A stretch of DNA of 61,120 bases, counting the filler, from Dugesia japonica (taxonomy: Eukaryota): NCBI GenBank assembly GCA_001938525.1. It is 5 parts of 5 records of this genome, joined end to end, with 100 filler letters (N's around TTAATTAATTAA, not from the genome) between each part and the next. Parts side by side here need not be neighbours in the genome. Positions count along the whole stretch, not along the records: positions 15,841 to 29,749 come from MQRL01606196.1; positions 29,850 to 40,962 come from MQRL01631134.1; 3 more parts are not named here. One strand, 5' to 3'. This document shows positions 27,241-39,910 of this stretch, in pieces. The notes below the pieces were generated by a model. The model searched no databases. It saw only the letters and a program-made list of their open reading frames with translations, and had not been told where the DNA came from. Every line of letters begins with the position of its first letter. The stretch's first letter is position 1. Both the position numbers and the translations under genes were made by a program.

Positions 27241-28059
27241 ATGTTACCTAAACGTTTCTTATAAAATTTCTTTCGCCTAAAAGTTTTTTTGTACAAAAAA
27301 TTATTCGTATATATAGTTTTTTTGTAAAAAAGTTTTTTCGTTTTTGTTATAATACATTTATGAAAATATTTACGCACACGTTTACAATTTCGCCGATATT
27401 ACATAATCTTGATAAAATGTAAAATTTATACGATTATGAAATAATTTTAATATTTTTGAATGCTAATGAAAATTTTTTATTAACCCTCTTAATACCTTAG
27501 AGCCATTACGTCAGCTTTTTATTTTCAAAACTATTATAACCTATGTAAAGTTAATGAAAAACTTCAATTTATTGGAATTGTTAAAGTAAAATACAAAAAA
27601 CATGAAGATGTCTTTATTTTTAAGAAAAATATTATAATTTTAAAAAAATATTCAAATTGCATATTCTCTAAGGTATTTTTGGACGGTACATAAACATTGT
27701 AAGACAGTAAGAGGTTTAAGGATCTACAATAATTAATTAATTTTCTTGCTAAAGCATTGCTTAAATTGTACTTATTGACTTCATGACACGACTGCACATA
27801 TTATTAACTTTTAGTTAAAATATAAAAATTTTCTAATGAAACCTTTTTTATTCAGTACTTTAATTTTGAAACATTTGAAAATCGGATATTATTAATTAGA
27901 AATGAAAGAAAATTTATTTTACTGAATGGCTTAATTTTTGCAAGATCTAAAAAACTATTTTTATAGTTAGAAAATGAGTTTTAGAAACAATTATTATAAC
28001 TAACATTTATGAGGTTTTTTGAAAAAATGAACTAAAAAAGTCAGCATTAGTGAACCGTA

Positions 28060-28355
28060 TCTGTAACGGTCAACCACGTGTCACCAAATAAGTGCTTCAA
28101 AAATTACAGGAGCTGAATTATGAAACTTTAATTCACCCATCTTACTCTCCACATATATCTCTTACAGCTTATCAACTTTTCTTATCTCTTGACAATATCC
28201 TACGAAATAAAAGGTTCAACAATCAAGATAATGTCCAAAAAGCATTTGCCTATTATATCGAACCCCATGACTCTGACTTCTTTAAAGCCAGTATAAATAA
28301 ACTTTTAGAAACGTTGGCAAAGTGTAATCGATGCAAATAGTGATTATTTTGATTA
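28060..28355 (+). mobile_element. mariner transposase C-terminal fragment
   Basis: 'LQELNYETLIHPSYSPHISLTAYQLFLSLDN.L..K.F' matches the HPPYSPDLAPSDYHLF motif; ends in 'YFD*'. Confidence 0.85.
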
Positions 28356-29109
28356 GTAAAAGTTGTAAATTATGATTTACCGCCTTTTGATTTGTGAGAT
28401 AAACCTCAACTAGATATTAAGCAGGCATGAGAGTATTGTGTTAGTTTTTCAACAATTACTAACATAAAAAAAACCAAAATATAGAAAATCATTAATACTG
28501 GATATGATACGAGTACTTGATAAAGGATATGAGTTCAAACAGTATTTTTAATGCTATAAAAATGATTGATGATTCATTGAAAATAGTTTCTCCTTAAACA
28601 ATACAAAATAGTTTCCTTATCGGTAAATTGGGGAGGTAAATCTTATTTTTGTAAATAAGCAACTATTTTCATATTTAAATACCACTTCAAATAAGAATAA
28701 TAAAGTAGAAAAGTATTTTTAAATAAATTTATTATAAAGAAACACAATAGAAAACTATTAAAATTTAATTCAGTGAGATATTTGCTCATTAAATCAAATA
28801 TCAATTAATACAAAAACTAGTTTTTAGGGAGGCCACGCAAAAAACTCACGAAGGCCGCAGGTCCCTATCTCTGATATATTGCATTCCTCAGAGTTCAAAA
28901 TAAAATTAACAATTATCAGCTTTGACAAATTTTGTCTAAAATATTTAATAAATGATAATTCCATTTGTTTTTTAAAAAAAAATATTGAAAAATTTATAAA
29001 TTTTAACTAGATTGTAATTCAACAAGTTTAACAAATCATTAAATCACTTTCCAAGTAATCAATGTAATTTAACAAGGTAAAAAACGTCTAATTGATTATT
29101 TTAAGTAAT

Positions 29110-29640
29110 TTACAATTACAATTATTGCGAGAATAATTGTTGGACTTAACCCTTGATCGCATTTGAAATTTCATTGAAATAATAGCTTCGATCAAATAAA
29201 ATTGTTGTTTTATAGATATTCGAATTTTTTACTATCGGTTTCTTCTAGAATATAACGTTTTGATAAATTAAAACGATATTAGAAAATTTTAACATGATTG
29301 TTTGTATTTTATTAAAATTTTATTGGATCATTTTCATTAAAATTAAAGCTTCGATAAAAATCAAAAAAAAATTTGATTTTAATGAATTCTGAAAAACGAT
29401 TTATAGTTACGTACAACAGTTATTCTCGCAATAATTGCAATTGGATCACTTTTATCAAATTTCTATTAAATTGAAAATTTTAAATGTTATATTAAATTGT
29501 ATTATTTAAAAAAATTTTCAATTTATAAGTGTTTTTACAATTGCAATTATTGAGAATAATTGTTGGACGTAACAATTGATCGTTTATCAGAATTCATTTA
29601 AAATAAAAGCTTCGATCAACATTTGTTTTTTTTTGGTTTT
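29110..29640. repeat. Cluster of a MITE-like family (ACAATTATTGCGAGAATAATTGT hairpin plus AAGCTTCGATCAA motif)
   Basis: Several copies in both orientations here; others at ~6340-6520, 24450-24560, 46910-46990 and 60990-61090. Confidence 0.7.
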
Positions 29641-29641
29641 T

Positions 29642-29749
29642 GATAACAATTCTATATTTCGACTTTGTCTTCGTCAGGAATTGACTTTTTAGTCAAATTT
29701 AAAAAGTCAATTCCTGACGAAGACAAAGTCGAAATATAGAATTGTTATC
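29642..29749. repeat. Perfect fold-back (49-bp arms, 10-nt spacer) at contig end
   Basis: 29642-29690 is the exact reverse complement of 29701-29749. Confidence 0.9.
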
Positions 29750-29848
29750 NNNNNNNNNNNNNNNNNNNNNNNNNNNNNNNNNNNNNNNNNNNNTTAATTA
29801 ATTAANNNNNNNNNNNNNNNNNNNNNNNNNNNNNNNNNNNNNNNNNNN

Positions 29849-32573
29849 NGGGTCAGGTATTCAGCGTATGGTGGTTGACCTCTCTCTTAATGGAAGGTAC
29901 GCGCCCATACACCTTTTTATTCGGGTTCACCATTTTCCCTTAACTTACACAAAGATTTAAGACAATGATACTCATAACATTTATTAAAAGGACATTTATA
30001 ATTCGTCTAGCAAGCCAGGGTCTAGCCACTGGTCTGGGTCAGGCAATAAAAAATGGAAGGCGGCGACATCGTCACTGTCGTCCCATTGCACCCAAGCGGG
30101 GTTACCAATCTGGCGGGAAAGGTCGGAGATATATTGTTTTAAAAAATCTATCTTTCTCAACAGCAGTTGTTTGGTTTCTGCTTCCAAGGGCCTTAGTTTG
30201 GTTCGCCAACTCATTCTGTTTTCTGACTATCAAGTCCAGTTTTTTATTAGTTGATCCCGCTGGGCCAAATGTCTAAGAAAGGCTCAGTCTGCTTTACACT
30301 TTAGATAGCGTTCCAACAACAGACGGCACATGATCCGATGGCAGAGATGAAGACTGTTAGGGAAATTGATACGAGGCACTAAAAAAGATTATAATTAATA
30401 TAGGGTAACTTGACACAAGAATTTAAATAAAACATTAAGATAGATTTGTAACAAAATCTTCGATACAAATTTATTTATAATGGAAATCTAAGGCAATTTA
30501 GTTCCAGGGGTCTGGATGCTCTTCTCGATCATTAGGGGCTCGAGAGGTATTTGCGTTCGGAGACGTAAAATATCATCAACCAGTTTATTTTCACGGTCAT
30601 GGCCGGACCGGATAACTTCAGTAAAAGATTCAACCTGTCTTTTCCAGGTTCGTTCCTGCAGGTGGGAGGCCTCGGCTTCCTTTCTGAAGGCGATACATTT
30701 TTTCTTATACCTTGTCACCTTACTTTTAGCAGTAGCGATTTCCGACTCCCATTGACGTTTTGCAAGTCGATATAGGTCCCAAGTGAGCTCGAGGTCCTTT
30801 CTCGGACTTTCTTAGTAGAAGCTGTGGGACAGTTTAACGAGGAATGCACTAAACAAATATTAATAAAAAAAATTTTAAAACTAACAACATAGGTAACTCT
30901 ACCTACGACCTGAAAATGAACAAAAGGTCGGTATAGTAATATTAAAGAAATCTCAATTAACAAGATTAACAACAGGTGAAAGTAGATTAAAATTAGTTAA
31001 GACACATATCTATTAATCAGTATCAGTAACAACAACATAACTTTAAGAGTCAGGAGTTGGATTTTCAGCAGGAGCGTTATTCTCGGCATCTTCTGACCCG
31101 GTGGGTTCCCTAGCTCCCAGAGCATGTTGTTGATAAATGCCTGTACCTCTGGTGGGGGGCGCTGGTGGTTGATAACGGAACAAGGTAGCAAAGTTACGTC
31201 CCGGCCCGGTACATTGGCGAAAGTTCAGTCGTTCCCCAAAGCTCTGAATCCGGGCTACCGCGGCTTTGACGGGGGGTAAATTCGACTTATCAGACAGAAC
31301 TCCCGCGTCTCGATGATAGGGATTGCGATGTCGTCTGAAAACCACGCGACGAGTCCGTCGATCTATTATACGCTCCCATATCGATTCCATTCTATATAAA
31401 TATACCGCAATTTATTCAAATTATCATATATAAATTAATGAAAATAGTATGAGTGACAAATATAATTATTCAACTCGCGAGTTTATTTTAAATGAGTAAC
31501 AGCGATTGACAGATTGCTGTCTTGCTTAAAAAGGCGTACTCTTCGTATCAATATCTACTGGAGTCACTGATGGGAACATCTCCGCGAAGCAAGCTAAATC
31601 GGTCTCGTCTGGGTGTTCTATTTTACTCTTTGTCAACAGATAAGCCACTAACTGCCTTAATCTGACGGTCTTGCGTTGTTTCCGAATTATTCTGAGCATA
31701 TTCCCCAGTTCCGTGGGCATAATCTAAATATGACAAATGACCAATGATTATATTGAAATTCGGGACCCCCTTGGACTAGCCCCTGTTACGTGATATGGAT
31801 TTTACTGTCCTCAGTGTTGCTAGTCCCAACGCTCAATATTATATTTGTGGGATTTTACTCATGATGAAATTACTGTCACCCAATAGCACCCCTGTCCTAT
31901 TGGGAGAATAATGTCTATCGGGACACTAGTATTCAAGGCTTTATCCTCATCATAACTGGAATAAGACAATAATCATACTTATTTCCATAATAAAATTAAT
32001 AGATCCACTAATAAATAATCGTAACATTAACTCACTGAAGGTTTTGACATTTAGAGATCATAGTTGAATCAGTTATGAAGATCAAAACCCTAATACTATT
32101 GTCAACAACACTAATAAAAATAATACTGATAATGATGACGATAATAATTATAATCATAATAATAGTGATAGTAATAATTATAATAATGATGATCGTCAAA
32201 TAACTTCCATAATAATGGTTCGATTGACCATACTAATAATACCAAGATTATCAATTTTAATGATGATAATAATAATCATACTAATGATAACTTTACTCCA
32301 GATAATAATTATAAGAGTAATTTTATAGTAATAATATTTATAATAAGATTAATTATTATGATAATGATAATATTTATAAAAGGAATATTTTCGGTGGAAA
32401 CATTAGGGAATTCTACCGGTTTATTCATGTCCATAGGATATTTGATAAAATTTCAGCGATAAGCCCAATTCTGGAATTTGAAAAATTCCGCTGAAAAGGG
32501 TTGCCTAGCAGTAGTAAACAATTTAAGATGCTATAATAATACACACTGAAAAAGAGATGTGTGTGTATTAACA
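29849..32573 (-). mobile_element. Four-ORF element, copy 2: ORF-0 31720-31526, ORF-A 31390-~31000, ORF-B 30848-30488, ORF-C 30378-29996
   Basis: All four ORFs align with copy 3, with frameshifts and stops. Acceptor AG precedes each (31724, 31392, 30849, 30379). TGCTAGGCAACC at ~32500 is shared with 50047. 3' end cut by a gap; 5' boundary uncertain. Confidence 0.85.
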
Positions 32574-32739
32574 TTTTCTTAACTGAGTAATAGCTTTAAG
32601 TGATTAGACTATAACTTTCCTATCGCTATTACCGGGAATACGATAGTGTATATTTAGTAAAATATGCGTGGTTTGGACACGAGAAAAAAACTGTTGCATA
32701 CATGAAACGGAGTGATATTCGCAAATTTTTTGATTGTGG

Positions 32740-34472
32740 CGATACGTTTTATTAAAAATTGGATGGCTAATGAGATTTTTTTAATTTNAAATTGCATCAC
32801 TAATATGTTTTTATAGAAAATTACCTAGTTAATGTTTTCTTATGAAAAGGGTCTGTTTTTATCATCTATTAAAGAAAGGTTTTAATTTGAATATTGTATC
32901 ATGCAAATATCACATTAAAAATCAATTTCCTGGGAATTTTGTTTGATATTTTAAATAAATGCAATAAATATGCAGCTCAGATGCAACTCAGATGCAACAC
33001 ACATACCCTGAAAATCACTTGCCTCAATTTGAGACTGTATCATACCTTGCAAAATATCAAGTCTGTTCCATTCCATGCGAATATAGAGGCTCCCTTTCAA
33101 AATATCAAGACTACCCATACCATGCACAAATATATAGACTGCCCATACCATATAAAATACCAAAACTTTCCGATATCTTGTAATAATATCCTCAAACATA
33201 TCAAGACTGCTCATACCATGCATAAATTTCTTGTAAAAATATCTTAAAAATATCAAGACTGCCCGATATCTTTTAATAATATCTTAAAAAACATCAAGAC
33301 TGCCCATTTTATGCAAATTATAGAGACTCTACATGCAAAATATCAAGACTACCTCATCTGTTACAAAAATAAATTAATTTAACTAAATTTAATTAAATTT
33401 AATTTAATTAAATTAAATTTAATTATATTAAAAAGATTTCCCCTCATTTTAATGAAAAATTTCCAACCAAAATATTTTTTTTTGAATTTCTCGCCAAAAA
33501 TATATTTTTTTTGAATTTTCCGCAAAAAAATTTTTTTAAATTTCCTGCCAAAAAAGTTTTTAAAAATATCAAGACTCCCCTCTTCCCCGTTCGAAAAAAT
33601 TAAAAAACAACCCTTCCTTGTTCAAAAATACCGAAAAAATAATCAAAAATACATCAAATACTCAAAAATACCATTACTTTCATTAAATTCATCAATTTAA
33701 GCAAAAGACAACATTTTAAACTAAAATAAAGATTTCAAAAAATTATGACGTCATAACCACCCAACAGAAAAATTTCAAATAAATCTTATAAACTCTGATA
33801 ATTAATTTTCTTTCCACACATACCAACCTCCACCTCATGAAAATTTTTTTAACACACTTATACTACTTACAAAATAAATCAATTAAATTCAAGCCCTGAA
33901 ATTAAAAAATCAAAGCACATTTGATAACCACCATCTTTCCCATCACATTACCTTTCCAACAACCCATTAACCAACAAATTCCATCAACCACATACAAACC
34001 TACAGCCTCCCTAAAAACAACCCACGATAACTCATTCGACTGTGCCCATGTGCCACTACCCTTGTAGCAAAAACCATACATCCAAACTCATAAGTCCTTT
34101 AGACAATATATAGACCAAATTTTTGTCCAACCACAGCCAAATCTTTAAAACTACAAAAAATTATTTCCAAGATCTCCAGCTCCTCCTCCTCTATTTTTCC
34201 ACTCTAACACACACAACCACACACACAAACTCAACTTGGCCTACTTTTTAAAACCACCTTAGTAACCCAAACACACACAAAGTTTAAAATATAAAAATAC
34301 ACACACTTTCAGGATAAAAAAAACTGATCCAATCAAAAAAAATTTGATCCGAAAAATCTTAGGAAAAAAACGAGCAAAAAAATCATGTAAAAAAAACGCA
34401 GCTCAGGGCGATAACTCATTAAAATAATTGTGCCCAAATTAAATTGTGCCCATGTGCCACTATCTACCTACT
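32740..34472 (-). repeat. Composite tandem-array repeat, possibly a Polinton/Maverick-type terminal inverted repeat
   Basis: Arrays of AATATCAAGACT.CCCATACCATG (33050-33350) and AATTTTCCGCCAAAA (33460-33555). Minus strand begins AGTAGGTAGATAGTGGCACATGGGCAC at 34472. Inverted homolog at 44380-45240. Confidence 0.5.
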
Positions 34473-34529
34473 TCTAGATAATATGATATGATGATTGCAA
34501 ATCATATGCTACAAAATGATAATTTTAAT

Positions 34530-36418
34530 ATACAGATAAATATTAACACGACAGGTAATCCAGTAGCACAGAAATCTCGAAGATTATTTGGAGAAAAATT
34601 TGATGCAGTAAAAAGAGAATTCGATCGTCTTCTGAGAGCTGGAATAATTTGCCTTAATAACAGCGAATAAGCCCCATCACTTGTTGTCGCTAAAAAACTA
34701 GATGGCTCATGGTGACATCAGATAATTAAATGAGCTAACCATACCAGACAAATACTCTTTACCTAGAATCCAAGATCTATTGAATAAACTTGGGGACTTT
34801 ACCATTTTCAGCAAATTAGACCTTAAAAAAGCATTTCATCAAATACCGATAGCAGAAAAGGACATTCACAAAANNNNNNNNNNNNNNNNNNNNNNNNNNN
34901 NNNNNNNNNNNNNNNNNNNNNNNTCATCAAATACCGATAGCAGAAAAGGACATTCACAAAACTGCGGTTATCACACAATTTGGTTTATATGAATACTGTA
35001 AAATGCCGTTCGGGTTGAAGAATTGCTTAGCTATTTTTCAAAGATTCATGGATAAAATTCTAAGAGAGCATAAAGACTTCGCGATATCATATGTCGATGA
35101 TATTCTTATATTTTTTAAAAGATGAAGCAGACCATGAAGATTATATACAAAAAGTAACCAACACCATTTATTCTATAGAATTAGAGATCAATGCGGATAA
35201 GTGTATTTTTCGATCACATCAAGTAGAATTTTTAGGATTCAAAATATGGAATCCTTCCTAAAACTGAAACAATCGAAAGCTTAAGAGAAATGAGCCTTCC
35301 AACGAACTTAAAGAGCTTGCAAAGATTTACAAGCTGCGTTGCCTTTTATGATTGGCTCATTCCAAATTTATCTGAAAAGATTGCACCACTTCACAAGCTA
35401 ATTATCAAAAAGAAAAAACCAAAAGGAAGTATACTTGAATGGACCAGTGATCAAGTAAATGCGTTCAACACCATTAGAGATGCATTACTGAATTTACAGC
35501 AATTGAATTACCCAAAACAATTTGTGTTAAAAACTGATGCATCATTAGAAAAAGTTGGAGTTGTATTGGAACAAGTGGAATCAGAAAGAAGACATATTCC
35601 AATTGCATTTTTTCAAGAAAATTGTCTTCTACAGAGAGAAATTACGCAACCTTCGTCAGAGAACTGCTAGCAGTAGTACTTGCAGTTAAGAATTTCAAGC
35701 ACTATTTGGATTCTACACCATTTGCCATACAGACTGGCCACCAGCCTTTATTAAAGATTGCAACTATGAAAGATCCGAATCCCAAACAATGGTGATGGCT
35801 TGAATTCCTCACTCAATTTTCCTTCAAATAAGAATATTTAAAAGGATCGGAGAACACAGTAGCTGATTTTCTTTCAAGAATAAACGCACTAAGCAAAGAA
35901 GTTGAACACATAACAGTGGATGAAATAATCAAACAGCAAGCAATCGAGAATCTACAAGTATTATTAAAACATCTTCCTTGAAATTAAGTGTCTCTGAGGA
36001 AGAAATAGTTATGGACATATCACAACCCAAACCGCGAATAATTCTACCAAAATCACTTTTATTAAGAAAATTCAAAAGTATTCACGATGGCTGTCACACT
36101 GGAGTAAAACCAACAACAACAATGATAGCTGAGAGGTATGTTTGGCCAAGAATGCGATCAAATATTCGTGAATGGTGCAGAATATGGGAGAATCGCCAAC
36201 GTTCAAAAACTTTGAGGCACACTAAATCTCCAATAACGATATTTCCTGATGCTTGTAGATTTAAATATCTACATTTTGACACAGTAGGACCNCTACAAGC
36301 AATAAACAACAAGCAAAATCTATTGACGATGATTAACAGAAAGGATTCATGGGTTGAAGCAGTGCCATGTCTACAAATAACATTCAATTACGTGATTAAC
36401 ATATTATTAAATACGTAG
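34530..36418 (+). mobile_element. Ty3/Gypsy pol remnant (RT, RNase H, integrase start)
   Basis: 'FSKLDLKKAFHQIPI', 'MPFGLKN', 'YVDDIL', 'LKTDAS...GVVLEQ', HHCC-like 'HDGCHTG...WPRMRSNI.EWC', 'HFDTVG'. Confidence 0.92.
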
Positions 36419-39400
36419 ATCAAAGTTGATTGCTTGTTAGATACTGGAGCAAGAGTTAATGTGATGAGTTTGAGAATATTGAAAAGATGGAGAAAAGTCA
36501 ATATATTAAAAGGTGAAGTCAATTTAAGATGTGCCAATAATAATCCGCTTGAAATCATCGGTACGATAAAGTTAGAAATAAAATTCGAGAAAAACGAAAC
36601 ATTTCAATTTATTGCGGTGAAACAGATACACCCAGATCTAATTAAAGGAATAGAATTACAGAAACAGTTTAGATTCCAACGGCTGAGAGAGACTAAATGC
36701 AATATAATGAAACGTATCTTTGTAATATAGAAGCAATGTATGGAGGTAATACAACGGATGAAGAAAGAGTACAGAGGGCAATAAAAATATTGATTAACAA
36801 GCCAAATGAGAATTTGGAGAAAGTTTTAACGAATTAAAAAGGAGTTTTCATAGTAGACAACGGGGATATCGGCAGAACAATAGTGGCAGAACATCCAATA
36901 ATCACAAGTGGAGAACCAATATATCCGAAACCACGGAGACAACCAATGCATTTAGAGAATAAAATAGATGAAGCTATCAAGAATTTGTTTGACAAGGGCA
37001 TTATTAGGAAGTGTAATTTGCAATGGATCACTCCATTAATATGTGTTTGAAAAAAAGAAAGAAAAAACGTTAGATTATGTCTAGATTTTAGAAAACTCAA
37101 TGCAATCGCAGAAAGATAGGCATTTCTGATGCCCAATATAGAAGAAATACTAGACAATTTGAGTGGTGCAAGATATTTTAGTACTATCNNNNNNNNNNNN
37201 NNNNNNNNNNNNNNNNNNNNNNNNNNNNNNNNNNNNNNNNNNNNNNNNNNNNNNNNNNNNNNNNNNNNNNNNNNNNNNNNNNNNNNNNNNNNNNNNNNNN
37301 NNNNNNNNNNNNNNNNNNNNNNNNNNNNNNNNNNNNNNNNNNNNNNNNNNNNNNNNNNNNNNNNNNNNNNNNNNNNNNNNNNNNNNNNNNNNNNNNNNNN
37401 NNNNNNNNNNNNNNNNNNNNNNNNNNNNNNNNNNNNNNTATATGAAATAAAAAAAATTGAAATTATTTACAAAATAATAACAGAATTTGTAAATTTAATA
37501 AATGAGTAAATTACAACGTTTGTAAAGAATACTGGAATTATGTAATTTTTATTTAAATAAAATAAATGAGAAATGATAGTAAAAGGAATGAATGGATTAA
37601 CGGTGAAATTGTACAGATGTATATAATCTAATGATTATTAAAGTATTAACAACGAGCTAGAATTTTAAGGAAAATATTTATAATACTCATTAAAATAAAT
37701 TAACAATAATAATAATAAGAGAAAATAAAATTAAAATAATACCTAAAAAATCGTAGAGCGTGGCGCCCGCCAAAGTGAATAATGAAAATGAACAACTATT
37801 TATACCCTTTGGAAATCGGCTATCGATAAATTAAGTCGACGTGAGTAAACAAAAAAAATCGTTTTCAAATAAGGAATATGGAAGAAAATAGGAAATTAAT
37901 CAATTTAGATGTACTTAGTAAACACCAAAGTTCTCAGCGTGTTTACATGAGCAAACAATTACGAAAAATACCTAAATAAAATAAAGATTTATATTATTGA
38001 AAAGTTGTAATTAAGAAAAATAGTAATTAAAAATATTATAATGATGTTCATAAAGCAATTTGAGTCATGATATCAATTGTAGTTTTAATAGAGATTATGC
38101 CTAAAAATGCAAATAAAAATATAAAATAATAAAAGCAAATTAGTAGTAGTTAATTATTTAATGCTCAAACGAATAATAAACATATCAATAGATTTATTAT
38201 ATTGTACAAAATAATGTAGATACAATCATCTTAAAAACTATCAAGCGTGAATAAAAATTGATATCATGACACAGTAAGAGCAAATACAAACGGAGATCAA
38301 AGTACAATAAAGATGAAAAATTAACAAAGTGAAAACTTAGGTTAATTACATTAAAATAACATAAAGTTGGGAAATTGATGAGAAGACATTTTATATTAAA
38401 TTTTTGAGTAAAACATTATTAACCAAATTTGAACAACTAAAGTTAAGAAAATAATAAAATAACATACTTAATCAAATTGAGAGAGGTTATAGACTAATAT
38501 TAACGATAATTTGGATTATTATAAAATTTGGGAGGGTTCTTGAATATGTAATTTTAATCTTGCTGACTTTTTATTAAAAAAATATTTTTATTGGTTCTTT
38601 TGTCAAGTATAGATTGTGAATGTGTGTTAAACTGATATATAAACAACTGTAAATGTTCATAAAATTTGGCAAAAGTGATTATATACTCTAGTCCTATTTA
38701 GAGAAAATAAATATTTTTTTGGAAGATCTTAGTGAAATTATTGATTTGATAGCTAATATTAAGGAACCTCAGGACGAACCTTTATCTGAGATTGAAGTCA
38801 GATTTCTTATCAAGTGAGTAAATTTTAGGAGTAAACGAGCTTAATTGTTGAAAACCCCAACAGTATACATGGATGATATATTGATAATTTCAGAAAATCT
38901 AGACCAGCACTATAAAATTTTAGACCAAGTTTTTAAAAGAATTCAAGAATCAGAATTGAGAATTAATCCGGAAAAATCTCATTTATTGTGAGCAGAAGTC
39001 AAATTTTTAGGACATGTCATAGACAAGAATTGAGTTCGAACCGATCCAACAAAAATTGAAGCGATAAAAGTTTCAGAAGACCTAAATTTGTAAAGAACTT
39101 GAGAAGCTTTTTGGGAATATGTAATTACTATAGAGGGTTTATCAATAATTACTCAAAGAAAGCTAGAAGCTTGGAAGAGCTATGGGAAGGTAATAATACA
39201 AAACTTGTGTGGTCGGAAAGTAGTGATAAAGCTCTTAATGAGATGAAAGAGGCATTAACAAAAGCACCAATATTGAATTTCCAGATATCAAAAAGATGTT
39301 TGTACTAGATGCAGATGTGAGTTTTGATGCAATCGGAGCAGTTTTATCGCAAATAGATGAAAGAGGTGTAGAACAAGTCATTGCATATGGGTCACATGTA

Positions 39401-39547
39401 ATGTCAGCTCATGAAAAGGGATATTGTATAACAAAAAACGAATTATTGACCATTTACTATTTTTGTAACGATTTTAAACATTTGTTTGGGAAAAGAGTTT
39501 TGGTGAGAACAGATCACAAAGCGATATCATTTATTAATTATTCTTAA
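36419..39547 (+). mobile_element. Second Ty3/Gypsy pol remnant (protease and RT 36419-37188; RT and RNase H 38863-39547), interrupted by a gap and an insertion
   Basis: 'LLDTGA' protease, 'RLCLDFRKLN', 'MPNIEEILDNLSGARYFSTI'; resumes at 'VYMDDILI', 'LRSFLGICNYY', 'FVLDAD.SFDAIGAVLSQ', 'RTDHKA'. Confidence 0.9.
37439..38862 (+). mobile_element. LTR-like insertion ending AAAACCCCAACA, inserted directly before the VYMDD codons of the Gypsy RT
   Basis: Sharp junction CCCCAACA|GTATACATGGATGAT at 38862/38863; 5' end lost in the gap. Confidence 0.55.
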
Positions 39548-39689
39548 AATCGTTAATGTATTTGGGTTATGTGACACGTAAAATCTGAACTATTAACTAA
39601 ATAAACAGTAAAATTTATTTAAATATGGGATAATAAAAAGCAACNNNNNNNNNNNNNNNNNNNNNNNNNNNNNNNNNNNNNNNNNNNNG

Positions 39690-39910
39690 CTAGTGTTTCT
39701 CAAACTTTTTTGCACCACGGACCCCTTGTTGACCGCACTAAAACCTCTTTCCACTAGATACGATGAAGGAAATGAGATTAAAAGATTTTTGACTATTCTC
39801 CATAATTCGAGATAGGTCTTTGAAATGTTTTCTTGTAACCAGAATTGTTGATATCCATTTTTGAATTTAAATTTCAACTCGTAATCCAACATTATCTTGT
39901 TTTGACCCAA
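39690..39910 (-). mobile_element. hAT Buster/Charlie-type element end
   Basis: 'FW...Y.ELW...LLISFPSSYLVERGFSAV' next to a TAGTGTTTCTCAAAC TIR-like end. Confidence 0.8.

Noticed and set aside
29642-29749. Perfect 49-bp hairpin as a pre-miRNA or viral terminal hairpin
   Set aside because: Zero mismatches, runs into the contig end and is made of a common repeat family; a fold-back artefact is more likely.
29965-30755. Plus-strand ORFs 29965-30276 and 30516-30755 (also 52255-52470, 53569-53853, 23643-23891)
   Set aside because: Antisense shadows of ORFs conserved on the opposite strand.
32040-32380. Asn/Asp-rich (plus) or Ile-rich (minus) coding-like tract in element copy 2
   Set aside because: (AAT/GAT)n low complexity with stops; no protein-level conservation visible against copy 3.
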